Position numbers and translations under genes: made by a program. Below, piece by piece: positions 60,660-64,000 of a stretch of DNA of 64,000 bases. Where the stretch lies: positions 4,650,001 to 4,714,000 of the forward strand of contig NC_043000.1 in NCBI RefSeq assembly GCF_006345805.1, written 5' to 3'. Below the pieces are notes generated by a model. The model saw only the letters and a program-made list of their open reading frames with translations, searched no databases and was not told the origin of the DNA. The DNA is from Octopus sinensis. Its lineage: Eukaryota. How positions within the stretch are numbered: position 1 is the first letter of the stretch; each line of letters opens with the position of its first letter.

Positions 60660-61745
60660 GGTGCTACATGAGCCAGCACTGGTGTGGGTAGAAATTCCAC
60701 ATGGTATACCCAGTACACAAAGTGGACAGATAAGTGGTGCATTTACATCACAGAAAGGTTGACTGAGAAAATAGTTTTTATGTGTGACAGATGTAACAGG
60801 GACTGTAACAGTAAGAATACATGGGGAATAGATTTCTTCAAATGCCTGAGATATTCCTTGGTAGATAATTTCTGTTACCAAGGTGACCTAATTTGCAAAG
60901 GTGGAGGATGCTCTGAAAGTATAGATATAATAATAATGAAATTATTGTATACAGTGATCAGGTGCACCACAACTTGTCAGAGTCAGATACATGCTTGCGT
61001 GTGTATGGAGGGAAGAAAATCAGGTGTAGTGTTGGCGAATCTCAGGAAGCATGGAAGTTTTGAAGGATGCAGTGCTCCGACAACTAACAACTGATGCCGG
61101 CAGTTTGTTCCATGCTTCAGCAACTCTCAGCGTGAAAAAATGTCTCCGAAAGTCATGAGAGCTGTGCTGTTTTCTGACTTTGTAAACATGTCCACGGGTG
61201 TTAGACAGGTGTTGTTTGAAAAGGTGCTCAGAGTTATTATTTGTAAGATGTATAAGAAAGTATAAAAAGTAAAAGAACAAGCTGGAGAAAGTTCAGTGAG
61301 TGTTGTGTGACAAAAGGTCTCTCTCTCTCACAATGAAAGGTAAATTGTATGATGCTTGTGTATGAACAGTGATGCTACATGGTAGTGAACCGTGCAGAGG
61401 ATGTGCTATGCTTGAAAGAAAGGAAGCTAAAATACAGCAATGAATGTATAACAAAGTGAAAATGTGTTGAAAGAAAATTTTAGTATTTTAGTATAAGAGG
61501 CACCAGGTGAAGTGTGCGAGAGGAAGACTGTGCTAGTGAGGTCATCTCCTGGATATTGATGAGGACAGCTGTATAAAAAAGTGCTAATTTTTAAATGTGG
61601 ATGGAACTTATGGAAGGAGAGAGGCTGAGGATGATGTGAGATGGAGTAGTGAAGAATGACCACTGGATGTTGAACCTCATGGAAGAGATGACAAAGAACT
61701 GAGATGATTGACGATTTGCTGTGCCCGAGAAAATTCGTCCATCTA
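60660..61745 (+). mobile_element. Degenerate RTE-clade LINE 3' part, interrupted by a CR1 fragment
   Basis: GRNSTWYTQYTKWTDKWC...RLTEKIVFMCDRC...VDNFCYQGD..CKGGGCSES up to ~60925; resumes ~61280 with WRKFSE..VTKGLSL..KGKLYDACV*TVMLHGSE; ORF-end remnant ~61680-61745. Confidence 0.8.
60928..61252 (-). mobile_element. Second CR1-clade family 3' fragment nested in the RTE remnant
   Basis: NTRGHVYKVRKQHSSHDFRRHFFTLRVAEAWNKLP; same family as 25817-26170. Confidence 0.9.
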
Positions 61746-61899
61746 AGCAAATATAAACCCTAAATGCATACTGCTTATATCTATGTCCTTGCAACCAATC
61801 TGTCCCTGATGAACCTCCTCAACAACCCTTTTTTTCATAACAGCTACACCTCTCACAACTCATCTTCCAACCACCTACCTTTCTATCACTCTCCTGACT

Positions 61900-62284
61900 G
61901 TGTGGAAGCACTCCGTCGGTTACAACGATGAGGGTTCCGGTTGATCCGACCAACGGAACAGCCTGCTCGTGAAATTAACGTGTAAGTGGCTGAGCACTCC
62001 ACAGACACGTGTACCGTTAACGTAGTTCTCGGGGATATTTAGCGTGACACAGAGAGTGCCAAGGCCGGCCCTTTGAAATACAGGTACAACAGAAACAGGA
62101 AGTAAGAATGAGAGAAAGTTGTGGTGAAAGAGTACAGCAGGGCTCGCCACCATCCCCTGCTGGAGCCTCGTGGAGCTTTAGGTGTTTTCGCTCAATAAAC
62201 ATTCACAACGCCCGGTCTGGGAATCGAAACCGCAATCCTACGACCGCGAGTCCGCTGCCCTAACCACTGGGCCATTGCGCCTCC
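61900..62284 (-). mobile_element. SINE family C, full length with a 13-bp TSD
   Basis: TSD CACTCTCCTGACT at 61887-61899 and 62285-62297. Confidence 0.94.
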
Positions 62285-62894
62285 CACTCTCCTGACTACG
62301 GCACTACTCATTCATTTGTTGCAGTTATGAAAACAGAAATGCAGATATTTCATCCCCTACTGCTCACTTCCCTTTTTCATGCATTCTCAGTATCAACCCC
62401 TACCACCTAGTTTTTCACACAACATACTTTTCGCCTTCCCTTTCCCTGTAACCCACTCCTTTTTGCCAATGGCTGCCTTCCTCTCCCATTAACTATCTTC
62501 ATTTCCCACCATTTCTGCTCCCTCAGACTCTGCCTTTGGTATTGTGCATCACTCAAGCACACCAGCCCCACACACTTCATATCATCTTTTACTATTCAGC
62601 CCTACATCAACTTCCTCTACTTCCCTGCCAACTAGTATTCACGACTGGATGTACCCCCACCCATATTTACCACTCACAGCATTTCCTTATATCCCCATAT
62701 CTACCCATCTGTTACTCACCTCTCTCACTTCCAAGAACATACCCATCCATATTCACCTTCATGCAATGTTAGGGTTCGCCCTGATACATCTTCACCACTA
62801 CCCTCTTTCTTTTCCAGCTGGGTTAACCATGTATCTCCCCTACAGAGAGACACCTGTTCCCGTACCTCTATCGTATTTTAACCTCTTGACACCT

Positions 62895-63127
62895 ATTTCT
62901 TTATTACCCACAAGGGGCTAAACATAGATGGGACAAACAAGGACAGACATAGGTATTAAGTCGATTCCATCGACCCCAGTGCGTAACTGGTACTTAATTT
63001 ATCGACCCCGAAAGGATGAAAGGTAAAGTCGACCTCAGTGGAATTTGATCTCACAGCGTAACGACAGATGAAATACGGCTACGCATTTCGCCCGGCATGC
63101 TAACGTATCTGCCAGCTCGCCGCCTTC
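62895..63127 (-). mobile_element. SINE family E, full length with a 17-bp TSD
   Basis: TSD TTAACCTCTTGACACCT at 62878-62894 and 63128-63144. Confidence 0.94.
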
Positions 63128-63199
63128 TTAACCTCTTGACACCTGGCATAAAGTCACTTCCCTTCGATACTATTCCTCTCTCAGTCCAAGGGATTTTCT

Positions 63200-63422
63200 C
63201 TAGCGAGTTATTTGGTAACCTCACTAGTGCTGGTGCCACATAAAAAGCAACCAGTACACTGTGTAAAGTGACTGATGTTAGGAAGGGTATCCAGTCGTAG
63301 AAACCATACCAAAGCAAATGTAGGAGTTTCATGCAGTTCCCTGAGTCGTCAGATTCTGTCAAACCATGCATCCCATATCAGCATGGAAAAGGGACGTCAA
63401 ATGATGATGATGATGATGAAGT
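63200..63422 (+). mobile_element. RTE LINE 3' UTR fragment (family B-like)
   Basis: GGTGCCACATAAAAAGCA...CAGCATGGAAAAGGGACGTCAAATGATGATG. Confidence 0.75.
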
Positions 63423-64000
63423 TCATGAAGAACATTGCACACTTGTGACATTCTATCTGTGTATTCTCTCTCTCTCTTTCTCTCTCTCTGCATGCATATA
63501 TGCATAAGTTCATGTATGTATGATATTTTGTTTTTTGTCCATTTGGCATACACTTCATGAAGACATTTGCCCACCGTTTAAGGGTTAAAAGAGAGAAAGA
63601 TTAAAATTGCAATAAAATAATAAAAGAAATATTTATTCAGTAATTAGTGTTAGCATTGTACTTATCTTTCTACAAAGATTTCTTTCAGAGAATTTTCAAA
63701 AAAAAGGCTGGAATAGTCTTCACAAGTAAAGTTTTCAACAACTGTAATCTATATATCATCAAACAAATAAGTAAGAAAAGTCCAAATGTGTGAAAGCCCT
63801 CCCATCCCTATTTTCCTTTTTTTTCACATTAAATTCTAACATTCACACTCATAGAAAACAATGCTGATACTTCACTGACAGAAAAATCACCATCAATGCT
63901 ACTGATGATTTGTCAGTTGATTCAACATTTTAGGCAATATGACTCAGTAACTTGCCATAACGTAGAAGACCATACAGTCTGTTTGAAAATGAATCGTCAA

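Noticed and set aside
62300-62880. Pyrimidine-rich stretch with short ORFs
   Set aside because: Low complexity; at most a very decayed retroelement, with no diagnostic motif

Overview
AT-rich, repeat-dense animal genomic DNA. The SINE families, RTE/CR1/Tx1/Penelope remnants and very heavy microsatellite load point to an octopod cephalopod (probably Octopus); this is an inference from repeat content, not a database result. Only one intact host gene is supported: an uninterrupted 736-codon type II Ca2+(cation)/H+ exchanger (CAX/VNX1-like) on the minus strand at 54019-56229. The window opens inside a ~7.8 kb 23-bp satellite with 22-bp variant domains and higher-order repeats. The most structured accessory region is 11.0-19.9 kb. 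Two A-tract arrays in opposite orientation bracket five copies of a CACAGTG-doublet/(TA)n unit; two of the TA tracts received a solo LTR and a nearly complete CR1-type LINE. A Helitron helicase remnant with a 3' hairpin, a trinucleotide array and a Tx1/L1-type 3' fragment follow. Other notable points: SINE tails that match LINE 3' ends present in the same window (one with compensatory stem changes), a hammerhead-like motif, and two long hairpins flanking the CAX gene. No CRISPR, rRNA or true tRNA gene was seen. Coordinates of degenerate repeats are approximate. I cannot show that any of this is a new biological system; the candidates are ranked in the findings.
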